DNA of 64,000 bases, from contig CACMRY010000001.1 in the NCBI GenBank assembly GCA_902616205.1, positions 514-64,513 on the forward strand, read 5' to 3'. Made by a program: the position numbers and the translations under genes. The stretch comes from an uncultured Pelagibacteraceae bacterium (GTDB taxonomy: Bacteria > Pseudomonadota > Alphaproteobacteria > Pelagibacterales > Pelagibacteraceae). The notes beneath the pieces are model-generated. The model had not been told where the DNA came from. It made no database searches and saw nothing but the letters and a program-made list of their open reading frames with translations. This document shows, one piece after another, positions 62,599 to 64,000 of the stretch (its first letter is position 1; each line of letters begins with the position of its first letter).

Positions 62599-63375
62599 AT
62601 GAAAATACCTAATCTTACAATCGAACAACTATTAGAAGCTGGCGTTCATCTTGGTCACAAAACATTAAGATGGAATCCAAAAATGAAAAAATACATTTTT
62701 GGAAAAAGAGATTCAATACATATAATTGATTTAACACAAACATTAGAATTAACCAATGTTGCATTGGAAAAAGTATATTCAACTATTTCAAATAATGGAA
62801 AAATACTTTTTATATCAACAAAGAAACAAGCTTCAGAAGCTATTGCAGAATTAGCAAAAGATACTGATCAATATTATGTAAATTATAGATGGCTTGGGGG
62901 AATGTTAACAAACTGGGGGACCATCTCTAATTCCATAAAAAAATTAAATAAAATTAATTTAGATCTTTCATCAGAAAATAGAGGTTTCACTAAAAAAGAA
63001 CTTCTGAAGATGAGTGGTCAAAGAGACAAGCTACAGAGATCTTTAGGTGGAATAGCTGAAATGAAAAAAGTTCCTGATCTGGTTTTTATCATAGATACTA
63101 ATTATGAATCACTTGCAATTAAAGAGTCCATTAAGTTAGGAATTCCAATTGTAGCAATACTAGATACAAATTCTAACCCTGACGGTATTGATTTTCCAAT
63201 TCCAGGAAATGACGACGCAAGAAGATCTATTGACCTTTATTGTAATTTATTAAAAGAAACTATTAATAATGCAAAAAAGGATTTGCCAAAAGAAGTAGAG
63301 ACTAAATCTGAAGAAAAAAAAATAGATATTGGTGAGAGATCATCAAAGGAAAATAAAAATATAATACTTAATTAA
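62599..63375 (+). CDS. rpsB: 30S ribosomal protein S2
   Basis: [10 protein letters not shown]...[21 protein letters not shown]. Confidence 0.98.
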   Translation: MKIPNLTIEQLLEAGVHLGHKTLRWNPKMKKYIFGKRDSIHIIDLTQTLELTNVALEKVYSTISNNGKILFISTKKQASEAIAELAKDTDQYYVNYRWLGGMLTNWGTISNSIKKLNKINLDLSSENRGFTKKELLKMSGQRDKLQRSLGGIAEMKKVPDLVFIIDTNYESLAIKESIKLGIPIVAILDTNSNPDGIDFPIPGNDDARRSIDLYCNLLKETINNAKKDLPKEVETKSEEKKIDIGERSSKENKNIILN

Positions 63376-63399
63376 TAATTTAACAAAAAAATAATAAAA

Positions 63400-64000
63400 A
63401 TGAGTGATATTGAAAATATTAAAAAATTGAGACAATCAACAGGTGCGGGATTTAAAGATTGCAATGCTGCGTTAAAAGAATCTAACGGTAACCTAGATAA
63501 GGCTGCTGAAATTCTAAGAGTCAAAGGTATTGCAAAAGCATCAAAAAAAATGTCAAGAGATGCTAAAGAAGGAGTTATAGTAGTAAGCGGTAACTCCAAA
63601 AAAACTTCACTAATTGAAGTTAATTGCGAAACTGACTTTGTTGCAAAAAATAATGATTTCCTAAACTTTGTAAAAGAATTGAGCGAAATAAATAACCAAT
63701 GCTCATCAGATAAAGATCAATTAAATAAATCAGCTATGGTTAATGGAAAAACTGTTGAAGAAAATTTAGTTGCTCTAATTGCTAAAATTGGTGAAAAAAT
63801 TACAATTGGCAAAACATCTACAATAGAAAATTCAAATTCACAAAATTTCATTTATCAACATTCAGTTATAAAAGATAATGTTTCAAAATTAGGCGTTGTA
63901 GTTTCTATTGAAACTTCTGAAGATAATGATCAAATAAAATCTTTTGGAAAACAGCTCTCAATGCATATTGCAGCATCAAATCCGATTGCTTTAAACTCTG
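63400..64000 (+). CDS. tsf: Elongation factor Ts, runs off the right edge
   Basis: Absent from the ORF track. Manual translation [28 protein letters not shown]...[12 protein letters not shown]...MHIAASNP. Confidence 0.96.
   Translation, partial: MSDIENIKKLRQSTGAGFKDCNAALKESNGNLDKAAEILRVKGIAKASKKMSRDAKEGVIVVSGNSKKTSLIEVNCETDFVAKNNDFLNFVKELSEINNQCSSDKDQLNKSAMVNGKTVEENLVALIAKIGEKITIGKTSTIENSNSQNFIYQHSVIKDNVSKLGVVVSIETSEDNDQIKSFGKQLSMHIAASNPIALNS

Noticed and set aside
63372-63599. 75-aa minus-strand ORF
   Set aside because: Antisense to tsf, which starts at 63400.
1-64000. CRISPR arrays, IS elements, rRNA, restriction or other known defence systems
   Set aside because: By eye I found no regularly spaced repeats, transposase/integrase/nuclease motifs or rRNA-like GC-rich blocks. 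A computational scan was not possible.

Overview
AT-rich, very densely packed bacterial DNA with many 0-10 bp gaps and overlapping stop/start codons. Gene content, gene order and protein sequences point to a streamlined marine alphaproteobacterium, most likely Pelagibacterales/SAR11; this is inferred from recall, not from a database search. The left half (1-32.5 kb) is accessory and metabolic. It holds a divergent sulfonate locus (suyAB / xsc), a photolyase, an autotransporter-like surface protein, dhaKL, a SOUL protein, GMC and SDR oxidoreductases, a TRAP system, an NCS1 permease, a divergent Anbu protease / circularly permuted ATP-grasp pair, a family-5 UDG and several small ORFs. The right half (32.5-64 kb) is core genome: tRNA-Leu, tig, clpP, clpX, lon, tRNA-Val, tRNA-Asp, nuoA-N, birA, coaX, rnj, DUF1467, proS, lolC/E, lolD, dnaE, the rpsB leader RNA, rpsB and a partial tsf. 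I found no CRISPR array, IS element, prophage or rRNA. The best candidates for something undescribed are four. (i) A structured ~240 bp intergenic element at 5924-6164 carries a GGAGGTG-preceded 9-codon ORF (MYKITPPDT) and its own terminator-like hairpin. (ii) A minimal Anbu + CP-ATP-grasp module lacks its usual alpha-E and transglutaminase partners and is coupled to a membrane-anchored TAXI binding protein. (iii) A DUF4174-like fusion protein lies directly behind the photolyase. (iv) The autotransporter-like protein ends in a coiled coil instead of a barrel beta-signal.
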